The translations under genes and the position numbers were made by a program. 64,000 nt of DNA from Methanothrix sp. (GTDB lineage: Archaea > Halobacteriota > Methanosarcinia > Methanotrichales > Methanotrichaceae), in assembly GCA_040770465.1 (NCBI GenBank), contig JAXGJB010000005.1, forward strand, positions 38,096 to 102,095. The letters run 5' to 3'. A model generated the notes under the pieces. The model searched no databases. It had not been told where the DNA came from and was given only the letters and a program-made list of their open reading frames with translations. This document shows positions 1 through 9,715 of this stretch, one piece after another. Every line of letters starts with the position of its first letter. The stretch's first letter is position 1.

Positions 1-759
1 GATCATCTCGGGCTCGATGGGAGCGGTATCCACGTTCCCCTGCTGAAGCTCCGCCGCGGCGTTGGGGGCCGAGATCTTGACGAAGATCAGCTCACTGACC
101 ATCGGCGCTCCCAGATAGTAGTCCTGGTAGGCGACGTACCGATAGGTTCCCTGGACCATGTCATAGTCGTCAACATTCAGGGTGTAGGGCCCGGTCCCCA
201 CCAGCGCATCCTGCTCCCGATAGTTCACTGGATCGTCGACATCCGCCCAGATGTGCTCGGGGAGGATGGGAAGGGTTCCTCCCACCTGGTCCAGGAAGGG
301 GGCGTAGGGCGCGGAGAGGGTGAGCCTCACCGTCAGGTCGTCGAGGGCCTCGGCGCTCTCGATGATCGCTGAGTCGACCCACTGGTAGGGGTGCTCTTTG
401 GTGTAGTCGACGGTGAAGACCACGTCGTCGGCGGTGAACGGTTCGCCGTCGTGCCAGGTGACCCCGTCCCTCAGATGGAAGATGTAGACCTGGTCACTCT
501 CCATATCCCAGGTCTCGGCCAGGGCTGGAACGTACCCAGCATCATCCTTCCAGACCAGGGTGTCGAAGAGAAAGCTCATCCTCGTATAGCCAGGCCCCCG
601 GGAGTAGTGGGCGTAGGGTGAGGGAAATCCCCAGTCTCCGGTGGTGTCGGCCACGGTGTAAACCGGAACCGAGCCGCTCTCGTCAGAGGCGGCGGCAAGA
701 CCGGCCACAAGCAGGACCAAAAGCCCTGCCGCCAGTCCCAAAGCGTGCGAATATCTCAT
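1..759 (-). CDS. ABC transporter substrate-binding protein, family 5 (peptide/nickel, DppA/NikA-like); runs off the left edge
   Basis: Manual translation from ATG at 759: signal peptide MRYSHALGLAAGLLVLLVAGLAAA, then family-5 motifs VPALAETW..., FHLRDGVTWHDGEPFTADDVVFT and VGTGPY. Confidence 0.9.
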   Translation of the reverse strand, partial: MRYSHALGLAAGLLVLLVAGLAAASDESGSVPVYTVADTTGDWGFPSPYAHYSRGPGYTRMSFLFDTLVWKDDAGYVPALAETWDMESDQVYIFHLRDGVTWHDGEPFTADDVVFTVDYTKEHPYQWVDSAIIESAEALDDLTVRLTLSAPYAPFLDQVGGTLPILPEHIWADVDDPVNYREQDALVGTGPYTLNVDDYDMVQGTYRYVAYQDYYLGAPMVSELIFVKISAPNAAAELQQGNVDTAPIEPEMI

Positions 760-790
760 TTGAAGCTCCTCCAGCTCGTCTGTCTGTCAT

Positions 791-826
791 GTAATACAGA
801 ATTAAGTAATATTCCTCCTATTTATG
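791..826 (-). promoter_or_regulatory. Putative promoter and operator of the ABC substrate-binding gene
   Basis: TATA-like element at about 819-826 on the minus strand; GTAATA repeated at 791 and 806 between it and the start codon. Confidence 0.3.
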
Positions 827-1073
827 AATCTTTTGTTTAAAACTATATGTATAATCAGATTAAGTTTGATATTATTGTTTATTTATGCAACGAAAACTGA
901 GGATAAAAATCTTATTGGCGCTTTTTCCTCCGATATATCACAAGAATATGTCCAGATATGCCAGCTAATTAACTTAAATAACACCTCTTTGGAAGAATGT
1001 ATTCTTAATTTCTGATGTACTTTCGTCACAAAGGATCGAAGACCAAACACCGATCGCGAAGATCAGCCCCCAT

Positions 1074-2942
1074 ATGGCCAAAGCCGGAGCCTCGCCGCTC
1101 GAAGTGATTCTTAAATACCATAAGATTGATATTAAATACTCAGACATGGCGAGCAGATGGCAAAAATGCTGGGATGAGGCCCCAGAGATACACCTTCTCC
1201 TGAAGGGGAGCGAGAGCTTGGAGGCTGCCCGAGAAGTAATCGTGAGCTATCTTCAGTCGTTGGACTGGACCTACCGACGGGAGGTCGCCGAGATCGATTC
1301 CTGGGATTACGTCCTCTTCAAAGAGGCCGTAGAGTGCCTCAAGAACATCTTCTCTCCCAAAAATGAGCGGCTGGCAAAGACCTCCTCTCTGGAGCGGCTC
1401 TGGAGGGCCGCCTCCGATGGAGACGCCGAGGTGGCCGACGACTTCGTCGACGAGTTCTTCCACCTCTTCAAGGCGGTGAAGGTCCAGTCGGAGGTCTACC
1501 CCTCCATGCTGATGGAGGGGATCGAGGTCCCCGACTTCGAAAAGTACGAGGGGAGGGAGGCGGGTCGGAGGCGGTCCGACTACCTGGACGAGATGAGCCG
1601 CCGGATGGACGAGCACCTTTCAAGGTACAAGAGCGGCCTAGACCCCGAGGTCGCGAAGAGGAGGGCAGAAAATAAGGCGAGGATCCTCGCGGTCCTCGAC
1701 GCCGATCCTGACGAGTGGGACGACTGGAGGTGGCAGTTCCGAAACGTCTTCAAGGACGAAGCGGGGCTTGAGACGATAAAAGAGATCATCAGCCTCAGCC
1801 CGGAGCGCGAAAGGTCGATAGGAATGGCTCTGGAGAACGGCATTCCCTTCGGCGTCACCCCCCACTACCTCCACCTGATGGACACTGAGCCCAGCGATCT
1901 GGACTTCGCCGTGCGGCTCCAGGTCTTCCCGCCCAAAAAGTACGTCGAGAAGATGATCGCCCATAGGAAAGATCGAAATTGGGCCTTCGACTTCATGCGA
2001 GAGCACGACACCTCCCCGACGGACCTCGTCACCCGGCGCTACCCCCGGGTCGCCATCGTCAAGCCCTACGACTCCTGCCCCCAGATCTGCGTCTACTGCC
2101 AGAGGAACTGGGAGATCACCTCCCCCTTCATGCCCTCGGCGATGGCCTCGATGGCGGAGATCGACGCCGCCCTCGACTGGTATGCAGAGCACGACGCGAT
2201 GATGGACGTCCTGCTCACCGGGGGCGACCCCCTGGTGATGAGCGACGATCTCATCGACAAGATCCTCGGCCGCCTGGCGGAGATCCCTCACCTCATAAGC
2301 ATCAGGATCGCCACGCGAACCCCGATAACCGTCCCCCAGAGGATAACCGAGGAGCTCTGCGAGATCTTCGGGTCCTACCACGAATTAGGTAGACGCAGCC
2401 TCTGCGTCGTCACCCACTTCATGCACCCCTACGAGGTGACCCCCGAGACCCTGGAGGCGGTGAAGAGGATCAGGATGCTGGGGATGGACGTCTACAACCA
2501 GCAGGTCTTCACCTTCGCCAACAGCAGGCGCTTTGAGACCGCTGCCCTCAGGGTCGTCATGAAGAAGATCGGGGTCGACCCCTACTACACCTTCAACATG
2601 AAGGGGAAGTCCGAGATGGAGGAGTACGCCGTACCCATCGCCCGGATCCTCCAGGAGCGAAAAGAGGAGGCCCGGCTCCTCCCCGGCATATTCAGGACCG
2701 ACGAGCCGGTCTTCAACGTCCCGTTCCTTGGAAAAGACCACCTTCGGGCCTGGCAGAACCACGAGATCATAGCCATCCAGCCCGACGGCAGGAGGACGTA
2801 CCGGTTCCTCCCTTGGGAGAAGAACATCGTCCAGGTCAAGCCCTACATCTATGACGACGTCACCATCGGAAGCTACCTCGAAAGGCTGAGAGAGCGGGGC
2901 GAGGACCCGGAGAAGTACAAGAGCATATGGTACTACTACTGA
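1074..2942 (+). CDS. KamA (lysine 2,3-aminomutase-like) radical SAM protein, long form
   Basis: CPQICVYCQR radical SAM motif, WDDWRWQ, DVLLTGGDPL, IRIATRTP, candidate PLP lysine in NVPFLGK; about 200-aa N-terminal extension. Confidence 0.85.
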   Translation: MAKAGASPLEVILKYHKIDIKYSDMASRWQKCWDEAPEIHLLLKGSESLEAAREVIVSYLQSLDWTYRREVAEIDSWDYVLFKEAVECLKNIFSPKNERLAKTSSLERLWRAASDGDAEVADDFVDEFFHLFKAVKVQSEVYPSMLMEGIEVPDFEKYEGREAGRRRSDYLDEMSRRMDEHLSRYKSGLDPEVAKRRAENKARILAVLDADPDEWDDWRWQFRNVFKDEAGLETIKEIISLSPERERSIGMALENGIPFGVTPHYLHLMDTEPSDLDFAVRLQVFPPKKYVEKMIAHRKDRNWAFDFMREHDTSPTDLVTRRYPRVAIVKPYDSCPQICVYCQRNWEITSPFMPSAMASMAEIDAALDWYAEHDAMMDVLLTGGDPLVMSDDLIDKILGRLAEIPHLISIRIATRTPITVPQRITEELCEIFGSYHELGRRSLCVVTHFMHPYEVTPETLEAVKRIRMLGMDVYNQQVFTFANSRRFETAALRVVMKKIGVDPYYTFNMKGKSEMEEYAVPIARILQERKEEARLLPGIFRTDEPVFNVPFLGKDHLRAWQNHEIIAIQPDGRRTYRFLPWEKNIVQVKPYIYDDVTIGSYLERLRERGEDPEKYKSIWYYY

Positions 2943-3071
2943 AGCCTTCTCCGCTTCTCCGGCCGCAAAAAAATCGGGATGGTGGAGTCGGGGGCAATGA
3001 CTGCCATCCGCCCCAACCGGCCTGATCGCCTGCATCTGGATTATCGATCCAAACCTTCCATCGTCCGGGGA

Positions 3072-4091
3072 TTATAGTCCTCTCATCCTCCTTCTATGAA
3101 GAGCGGTCAGGGCCACCGAGATCGCGGCAAGGAGGATCCCGAAACCTGGAATTCCTCCCCCTTCAACTTCCGGAGACTCCTCCCGCGCATACTCCTCGAC
3201 CTCCATCGGGCTTGCCTCCATTTCAGCAGCAGCTTCCTCTACTGGCGCCTCCTGCATCACGAAACCTTTGGTCTTTATATCCTTGGACTCGATCCTTTGG
3301 CCCTCCTCCATCATCATCTCGGGCTTGAGGAGGACGTAATCTTCACCCTGTCCCACGATGGACGCATTCCTCCAGATCAGGACCTCCGCCCGGTAGTTGT
3401 ACTGGTCTGGAACCGACAGGTTGACGCTCCTGATCACCGTTCCCTGGGGCGGGATCTCGCCGATGTTCATCTCTTTCTTATCGGCGACGAGACCGGAATC
3501 AACCTCTCTTGCCTTCACCTCGATCCTGTAGTCGGGGCTTGGAGTTGGGCCGACGTTGGTGAAGTAAATGTCAGTTTGGATCCTCACGGTACCATTTTCG
3601 GCCTCCTTCACCATGAAGTCCATACCACCTATCCTTACGTTCATCACATCGACGTCGGCGGTCAGACTCTCCAGATTGTAGACCGTCCTCGAAGCTGTGC
3701 TCCTCTTCTCATCCTCCTCAAAGAGGGTCGCCTCAATCCTGTAGGACCCCTTCTTTGGAAGCTCCAGGGTGTTGGTGATGTTTGCAGTCGTTCCCCTCTC
3801 GATTGGACCCATATCAGATCTGACCTGGGTCTCAAGCAGGTTGTTCTTCGTCTCGTAGGCCTTCAGGAGAAGGGAGGCGTTCTTGCTCGTCAGCCTACCC
3901 TGATTTTCGACGTAGGTGGTGACGTTGATCGTCACCGTGGCCCCTGTCACCTCTTCGGCGGACAGGTCCATCTCAGCGATTTTCAGGCCCTTGACCGAAT
4001 CGGAGCTCTCTGAGCAGCCGCTGGATGCCAAGGCCGCAAATATGGCGAGCGCCAGCAGCGAGTATAGGATCTCCTTTGGCAGGTTTCTCAT
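3072..4091 (-). CDS. Secreted surface protein with PGF-CTERM archaeosortase signal
   Basis: N-terminal signal ending in lipobox-like ASSGC; C-terminal IPGF, hydrophobic helix and RRR; two related Ig-like segments; N-x-S/T sequons. Confidence 0.8.
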   Translation of the reverse strand: MRNLPKEILYSLLALAIFAALASSGCSESSDSVKGLKIAEMDLSAEEVTGATVTINVTTYVENQGRLTSKNASLLLKAYETKNNLLETQVRSDMGPIERGTTANITNTLELPKKGSYRIEATLFEEDEKRSTASRTVYNLESLTADVDVMNVRIGGMDFMVKEAENGTVRIQTDIYFTNVGPTPSPDYRIEVKAREVDSGLVADKKEMNIGEIPPQGTVIRSVNLSVPDQYNYRAEVLIWRNASIVGQGEDYVLLKPEMMMEEGQRIESKDIKTKGFVMQEAPVEEAAAEMEASPMEVEEYAREESPEVEGGGIPGFGILLAAISVALTALHRRRMRGL

Positions 4092-4289
4092 GTGAATCTC
4101 TCCTTACTTAAAAAAAAGATCACATAAGTATTTAACTTTTAGTATGGGATGTCCGTTTACCGTTCAAAAGTTTAAGTGGAAAAATGAGGATCAGTTATGC
4201 AAAATCGCCCTATTGCCGCTGATATCTTGCTTGGCCTTTTGTATAAATTGGCCGGAAACATTATTTATAAAAGCTCAATGCGCGATCGT

Positions 4290-4430
4290 AGCCGACCCCA
4301 GAACTTTGAGAACAGACTCATCAGTGCGGCTTTTAAGCTTGAGCCATTGACCTCCTTTAAGGAATAGACTCGCATCCGACTCAAAAGCCGAAAGGCCTGC
4401 TTGGTATCGTGCTGCCCCTCTCGATCCGCG
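4290..4430 (+). ncRNA. Candidate small structured RNA
   Basis: TTTATAAA at 4264-4271 preceded by GGAAAC with no credible downstream ORF; stem CGGCTTTT (4327-4334)/AAAAGCCG (4383-4390); GCC-GAAA-GGC tetraloop. Confidence 0.35.
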
Positions 4431-4454
4431 GCGAAGATGGCCCCACTTTCCCCC

Positions 4455-6173
4455 TCAATCCCTGCCCAGATGCCTCATCAGATCCACGAGGCCCAGGGTG
4501 TTTAGGACGTCTCCTCTCTCCAGCCACCCCCGCCTTGCGGTCTTGACGCCGTACTCGATCGCCGATAAGCCGCATGTGCTGTGGGCGTCGGTGTTGATCG
4601 CGAGCTTCACCCCCAGCTCCTTCGCGCGCCGCGACCAGCGGTCGTTCAGGTCGAGCCTGCTCGGGTGAGAGTTGATCTCCATGGCGGTGCCGGTTCTCGC
4701 CGCCGCCTCCAGGACCCGCTCCATCTCCACCTCGTAAGGCTCGCGCTCTCCGATCTTTCGCCCGGTGGGGTGGCCGATGACGTCGACGTGTTCGCTCTCC
4801 ATCGCCGAGATGATCCTGTTTGTCATCTCCCTCTCCCGCTGGTTGTAGGCGGAGTGGACCGAGGCGACGACGACGTCGCACAGCTCCAGGATCTTGTCTG
4901 GATAATCGAGCTTCCCGTCGGCCCTGATGTCCACCTCTGTCCCCACCAGGACTCTGAAACCCTCCACCGATTCGTTCAAACCCGCGATCAGCTCCATCTT
5001 CTCGTTTAGCCTCTCTTCGGCGAGGCCGTTTGCGATCCCAAGCCCCGGCGAATGGTCGCAGATCGCCATGTACTCGTAGCCGAGGGCCTGGGCTGTCTTG
5101 ACCATATCCTCGATGGAATGGCGGCCGTCAGACCAGTCGCTGTGGACGTGAAGGTCGCCCTTGATCTCCGAGACCTCGACGAGCCTTGGCAGACGCCCTG
5201 CCAGGGCTGCCTCCACCTCACCCTGGTCCTCCCGGATCTCTGGGGGTATCCAGTCCATCCCCAGATGACGGTAGAGATCCTCCTCCCGGTCGAAGAAGAG
5301 CTCATCGCCGGTGGCGACCCTGGAGAGGGAGTACTCGGAGAGGGAGTAACCCTTTGAGAGGGCTACCTGCCTCAACTTCACGTTGTGCTCCTTGGAGCCT
5401 GTGAAGTACTGGATCACAGTCCCGAAGGACCGGGGATCGACGATCCGCAGGTCCACCTGGACCGTCTCCTCCACGATGACCGACGCCTTCGTCGGCCCCT
5501 TCATCAGGACCTCCTCCACCGCCGGGAGCTCGACGAAGGCCCGGATCGCCGCCGCAGGCTCGGTCGAGGTCGCCAGGATGTCGATGTCACCCACCGTCTC
5601 CCGCCCCCTCCGCAGAGACCCTGCCAGGTTGAGGTTTCCGATTCCCTCCACCTTCCTCAGCTGGCCGAGGATCTCCTCGGCGAGGGGCAGCGCCACCCCC
5701 AGAGGGATTCTATCGCTCCGCTTCTTCCATCTCGAAATGGCCTTGAGGATGTTCTTCTCGGAGGTGGGGCCCATTCGGGGGAGGCGGCGGACCCGGTGCT
5801 CCCTCGCCGCCTCCTCCAGCTCCTCGACGCTCGATACCCCCAGCTTCTCATGAAGCATCGAGATGGTCTTGGGACCAAGGCCGGAGATCTCCAGAAGCTC
5901 GGCCATCCCCGGTGGCGTCTCCCGGAAGAGACGGTCGTGGGCCTCGATCTTTCCGGTTTCAAGAAATTCCGAGATCTTGCCGGCGATGGCTTTTCCCACG
6001 CCTGGGATCGACTCGAGGTCGCCCCGGCGGCTGAACTCTTCCAGATCCTCTTTCATCGACTCCACCGACCGAGCCGCCCTCCGGTACGCTACGACCTTAA
6101 ACCCGGTCTCTCCCCGCAGCTCCAGAAGGTCCCCCATCTCTCGGAGGAGGCGGGCGACCTCATCGTTCTTCAC
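4455..6173 (-). CDS. polX: DNA polymerase X with C-terminal PHP exonuclease domain
   Basis: AYRRAA, IPGVGK HhH, GSLRR...GDIDIL, YFTGSKEHN, PHP motifs DLHVHSDWSDG and NTDAH; GTG start. Confidence 0.95.
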   Translation of the reverse strand: MKNDEVARLLREMGDLLELRGETGFKVVAYRRAARSVESMKEDLEEFSRRGDLESIPGVGKAIAGKISEFLETGKIEAHDRLFRETPPGMAELLEISGLGPKTISMLHEKLGVSSVEELEEAAREHRVRRLPRMGPTSEKNILKAISRWKKRSDRIPLGVALPLAEEILGQLRKVEGIGNLNLAGSLRRGRETVGDIDILATSTEPAAAIRAFVELPAVEEVLMKGPTKASVIVEETVQVDLRIVDPRSFGTVIQYFTGSKEHNVKLRQVALSKGYSLSEYSLSRVATGDELFFDREEDLYRHLGMDWIPPEIREDQGEVEAALAGRLPRLVEVSEIKGDLHVHSDWSDGRHSIEDMVKTAQALGYEYMAICDHSPGLGIANGLAEERLNEKMELIAGLNESVEGFRVLVGTEVDIRADGKLDYPDKILELCDVVVASVHSAYNQREREMTNRIISAMESEHVDVIGHPTGRKIGEREPYEVEMERVLEAAARTGTAMEINSHPSRLDLNDRWSRRAKELGVKLAINTDAHSTCGLSAIEYGVKTARRGWLERGDVLNTLGLVDLMRHLGRD

Positions 6174-6304
6174 GGAAAATGGGTTGGTGAACTATGTTAT
6201 AAAGAGCTTGGCAGGCCTCTCGTTATGGCCTAAAACGAGATTTTTGATCGTCGTCTATCGATTCCATCCCACTCAAAGAGGAGATATCAACCGGACGTCA
6301 TCGA

Positions 6305-7021
6305 TCAGACGAGATCGTCGATGTGGGTCATCTCCCCGATCTCAGTGAGGCCGCTTATCGATTCGGTCTCGATCCGGATCCCCCGGCTCATGGCGGCGGC
6401 GACGATGTTCGTTCCGCCGACGAGGGATAGTCCCACATGGTCCCGCTCCACCGAGACCCCCAGGACGTTCATGTTTGGATCCCCCAGGTCTAAAACCCCC
6501 GCGAACCCGACCTCTGCGAGAACATCGAGCTTCTCCTCGATCCTCTCCAGCGCCAGCATCGGAGCCTCCTGGAGGTTTCCCAGGATCCTGCCGGTCCCGG
6601 TCTCCATCATCTCCACGACTGAGGTCAGCTCCTGGCTGATGAGGACGTCGATCGGATCGATGGTTGTGGCCCAGTACATCAGCATATCCGTGAACCGGAC
6701 CGGCTCGCGGTCGATCACCTCGATCACCCCCCCGCCCCGGGGCCTCACGGGAACCCCTGCCTTGAGGAGGACTCCGCTGACGGTGATGCTGCAGGCGGAC
6801 ATGATCTTGGCCCGGTCCCCCACCGTCTCCACCTTGAGGTAGGGGCTGACGGCGAGGCCGCTCTCTATGACGTCCCGGAATATCCGAAGGGTGGGCCCCA
6901 GCATATCAAGATCCACCATCGATGTGTTGGTGATGATCTCGCCCTTCATCCTCCGGGGGTCGAAGCTCACCTTATGCATCAGGTTCTCTATTCTGCTCAG
7001 GGAGAAGACCAGGGGCTTCAA
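6305..7021 (-). CDS. DUF128/NRD-domain protein, NrpRII-like nitrogen regulator
   Basis: [23 protein letters not shown]...Y.ATTIDP, G.GRILGN motifs without an HTH; TTG start at 7021 after GGTGAT (ORF track starts at 7105). Confidence 0.75.
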   Translation of the reverse strand: MKPLVFSLSRIENLMHKVSFDPRRMKGEIITNTSMVDLDMLGPTLRIFRDVIESGLAVSPYLKVETVGDRAKIMSACSITVSGVLLKAGVPVRPRGGGVIEVIDREPVRFTDMLMYWATTIDPIDVLISQELTSVVEMMETGTGRILGNLQEAPMLALERIEEKLDVLAEVGFAGVLDLGDPNMNVLGVSVERDHVGLSLVGGTNIVAAAMSRGIRIETESISGLTEIGEMTHIDDLV

Positions 7022-7171
7022 ACCTATCACCGAATCCGTCTTGCTGCAAGGCAGGACCAAACTTGGGGGATCGACCGCGGCACGGTATCCATCAAGGTAG
7101 CTCATCCTTTAAATACGCTGGAGATGAGGCGGGAAAGCCGTCTTATACCACCTCTTACATACTTGGCCAAG

Positions 7172-7909
7172 ATGTTGCGCCAGAGGTTCGTGCTCGATAC
7201 CACAGCCCTAACCGACTCCCTCGCCTGGGAGGGGGAGGGTTGCACCAGCATCTGCGAGGGGATGAACGCCATACTCGACTGCGTCGCCGAGGCGAGGCTC
7301 CACCTGGGCATCAGCTGCTACATCCCCTACCCCTCCGTCTACAACGAGATCAGAGACTTCGTCAACCACAACGAGTGCGACGAAGCGGTTCTGATTAAGG
7401 TAGACACGTGGCTTGTCAAGATGACACCGGACCGCTACGAGGTGAAGATACCCTCCAAGGTATTTTATGAGTACGTCTACTACATGCGAAGCCGGATCAA
7501 CAAGGGGATGAACGTCGCTGAGGAGGCGGTCTGGGAGGCGGTCGCGAGGTGCATCGCCTTGAGCGCGGCGGAGGGAGACCTCACCCCGATGAAAGGCGAG
7601 ATTGAGAGGGAGGCGGTCGGCGGGATCGTGAGGAAGTTCAGGGAGAAGTACAGGAGCGCCCTGAGGTACGGCATCCTCGACAGCGCTCCCGACATCGACA
7701 TCCTCCTCCTGGCAAAAGAGCTGAACGCCGCGGTGATATCCCAGGACCTCGGCGTTCAGAGGTGGGCGGAGCAGCTGGGCCTCCGTTACCTGGAGGCGAG
7801 AACCTTCCCCGTGATGATAAAAGAGTACCTCAGCCGGGCGAGGGCGATCCAGAAGAACGACGGCCTTCCCCTCTACATCCCGCCTTCGGGGGACGACGAT
7901 ACCCCCTGA
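7172..7909 (+). CDS. RNA-free RNase P (HARP, PIN_5 family)
   Basis: QRFVLDTT N-terminus, [37 protein letters not shown]; ATG at 7172. Confidence 0.9.
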   Translation: MLRQRFVLDTTALTDSLAWEGEGCTSICEGMNAILDCVAEARLHLGISCYIPYPSVYNEIRDFVNHNECDEAVLIKVDTWLVKMTPDRYEVKIPSKVFYEYVYYMRSRINKGMNVAEEAVWEAVARCIALSAAEGDLTPMKGEIEREAVGGIVRKFREKYRSALRYGILDSAPDIDILLLAKELNAAVISQDLGVQRWAEQLGLRYLEARTFPVMIKEYLSRARAIQKNDGLPLYIPPSGDDDTP

Positions 7910-7995
7910 TCGATACCCTCTGATCGGCGGCCTCAGATCTTCGAGATCTGTCTATCGGGGATGAAGCTGGCGCGGGAGCCCACCGCGCTCAGGCT

Positions 7996-9090
7996 TCAGG
8001 ACCCCAGGAGCCTGTCGAGGAGCCAGTCCGGCTCGAACTTCACCAGGTCCGGATAGTCCTGGCCCACCCCTAGGAAGAGGACCGGCTTTCCCGTGACGGA
8101 GGATATGGATATGGCGGCCCCGCCCTTGGCGTCGGCGTCGGTCTTGGTGAGGATCGTCCCGTCGATCGGCACCGCCTCGTTGAAGAGCCTCGCCCTCTCG
8201 ACGGCGTCGTTTCCGGCGATCGCCTCGTCGACGAATATCAAAAGATCCGGATTTACGACCCTCACGATCTTTCTCATCTGGTCCATGAGGTTGATGTTGG
8301 TGTGAAGCCTTCCAGCGGTGTCCGCGAGGACGATGTCTCTGTGGTGGGCCTTGGCGTACTCGACGGCGTCGAAGATGACGGCGGCGGGATCTTTGCCGTC
8401 CTTGTGCTTGACGAGCTTCACCTCGAGGTTGTTTGCGTGGACCTCGATCTGCTCCACCGCCCCCGCCCGAAAGGTGTCCCCGGCGGCGATGACGATGGAG
8501 TAGCCCCGATCTCGAAGGTACCTTGCGACCTTGGCGATGGAGGTGGTCTTGCCGGTACCGTTCACCCCGACGAAGACGATCTTCACCGGCTTATCGGCCT
8601 CTGCTATGAAGCGGTCGACGTCGAAATAGTTCTCCGAGAGGACCTGGCGGAGGGCGGACCTGAGGGCGTCCTCGACGATCTCGCCGGTGTCGGCCCGGAT
8701 CTTCTTCTTCCTCCCGACGAGTTCATCTTTGACCGATGCCACGATCTTCTCGGCGACGGGGAGGGCGACGTCGCTTTCGAGGAGGGCCATCTCCAGCTCC
8801 CAGAGGGGGTCGGTGAGGTCCTTCTCGTCCAGGACGACCTCCTGCTCGAAGATGAGGGACCGAGCTCTGCTGGTGAAGGACTGCTTCGTCTTCGCCGCGT
8901 TATTGCCCGGGACGGGTCGGGCTTCTGCCACCTTTTCGACGGCGGGTTCGACCTCGTCTTTTGAGGGGGTCATCCCCTCAGCAGCGGCTTTCGCCTCGGC
9001 ATTCTTGGCCTGGGCCTCGCCCTTCTCCTGGATCTTGGTGGATACGGCCTCTTTGAACCCCTTCAGCCTCTCCTTGAACCTGTTGAACAA
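7996..9090 (-). CDS. ftsY: Signal recognition particle receptor FtsY
   Basis: GVNGTGKTT, DTFRAGA, DTAGR, TKTDADAKGG. Confidence 0.97.
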   Translation of the reverse strand: MFNRFKERLKGFKEAVSTKIQEKGEAQAKNAEAKAAAEGMTPSKDEVEPAVEKVAEARPVPGNNAAKTKQSFTSRARSLIFEQEVVLDEKDLTDPLWELEMALLESDVALPVAEKIVASVKDELVGRKKKIRADTGEIVEDALRSALRQVLSENYFDVDRFIAEADKPVKIVFVGVNGTGKTTSIAKVARYLRDRGYSIVIAAGDTFRAGAVEQIEVHANNLEVKLVKHKDGKDPAAVIFDAVEYAKAHHRDIVLADTAGRLHTNINLMDQMRKIVRVVNPDLLIFVDEAIAGNDAVERARLFNEAVPIDGTILTKTDADAKGGAAISISSVTGKPVLFLGVGQDYPDLVKFEPDWLLDRLLGS

Positions 9091-9101
9091 CTCCGTCTCC
9101 C

Positions 9102-9539
9102 CTACTCAGAAAACTGACTCTCGTACTGGGCGGCGATGGACTGGATCTTGCCCATCTCCTGCTCGATCTTGGAGAGGGTCTGGTTCAGCTTGGCCGAGGC
9201 CTCAGATAGCTGCGCCTTCCTCTTGGAAAGGGACTCTCTGGCACCGGCAGCGTTCTTCTCGATGCTGACTCCGGCGCCGACGCCAACGATCACTTTGTCT
9301 TTGGAGGCGAGCTTTGCGTGGACGAACGAGCCCTGGCCGATGGGGACCAGCATATCCTGGCCGTCATCGGCCGTCTCCATCGCCTCGACGGCCTTCAGGG
9401 CCTTCTCGCACCCCTCCATCGAGAGCTGGAATAGGCCCAGCTGCTGGACGATCGCCTCTGCCTCGGCCTGATACTGCTGATAAACCATCAAGAGTCTCCT
9501 GACCTCCTCCTCGCTGGGAGCAGCCGGAGACTCAGCCAA
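9102..9539 (-). CDS. pfdA: Prefoldin alpha subunit
   Basis: LVPIGQGSFV...VIVGVGAGVSIEK flanked by coiled coils; conserved operon position. Confidence 0.93.
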   Translation of the reverse strand: MAESPAAPSEEEVRRLLMVYQQYQAEAEAIVQQLGLFQLSMEGCEKALKAVEAMETADDGQDMLVPIGQGSFVHAKLASKDKVIVGVGAGVSIEKNAAGARESLSKRKAQLSEASAKLNQTLSKIEQEMGKIQSIAAQYESQFSE

Positions 9540-9711
9540 GAGCCTTCACCTCTTCTATCTTCACCAGGTTTCTCTTGACTCCCTGCTTGCTTCCCAAAAG
9601 GGAGTAGATCTTCTCCACCGCGTTCTTCTCGTTGTTGCTCTCGATGACCTTGGAGAAGGACTGCCAGCTGTTTCTCACCTTGAACTTTCCTTTGATCTCA
9701 AAATCGACCAT
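9532..9711 (-). CDS. rpl18a: 50S ribosomal protein L18Ae/LX
   Basis: FEIKGKF...AVEKIYSLLGSKQGVKRNLVKIEEV; ATG at 9711. Confidence 0.92.
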   Translation of the reverse strand: MVDFEIKGKFKVRNSWQSFSKVIESNNEKNAVEKIYSLLGSKQGVKRNLVKIEEVKALG

Positions 9712-9715
9712 AAGA

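Noticed and set aside
824-1015. 63-aa AT-rich ORF between the ABC gene and the KamA gene
   Set aside because: Lies across the divergent promoter region with non-host codon usage
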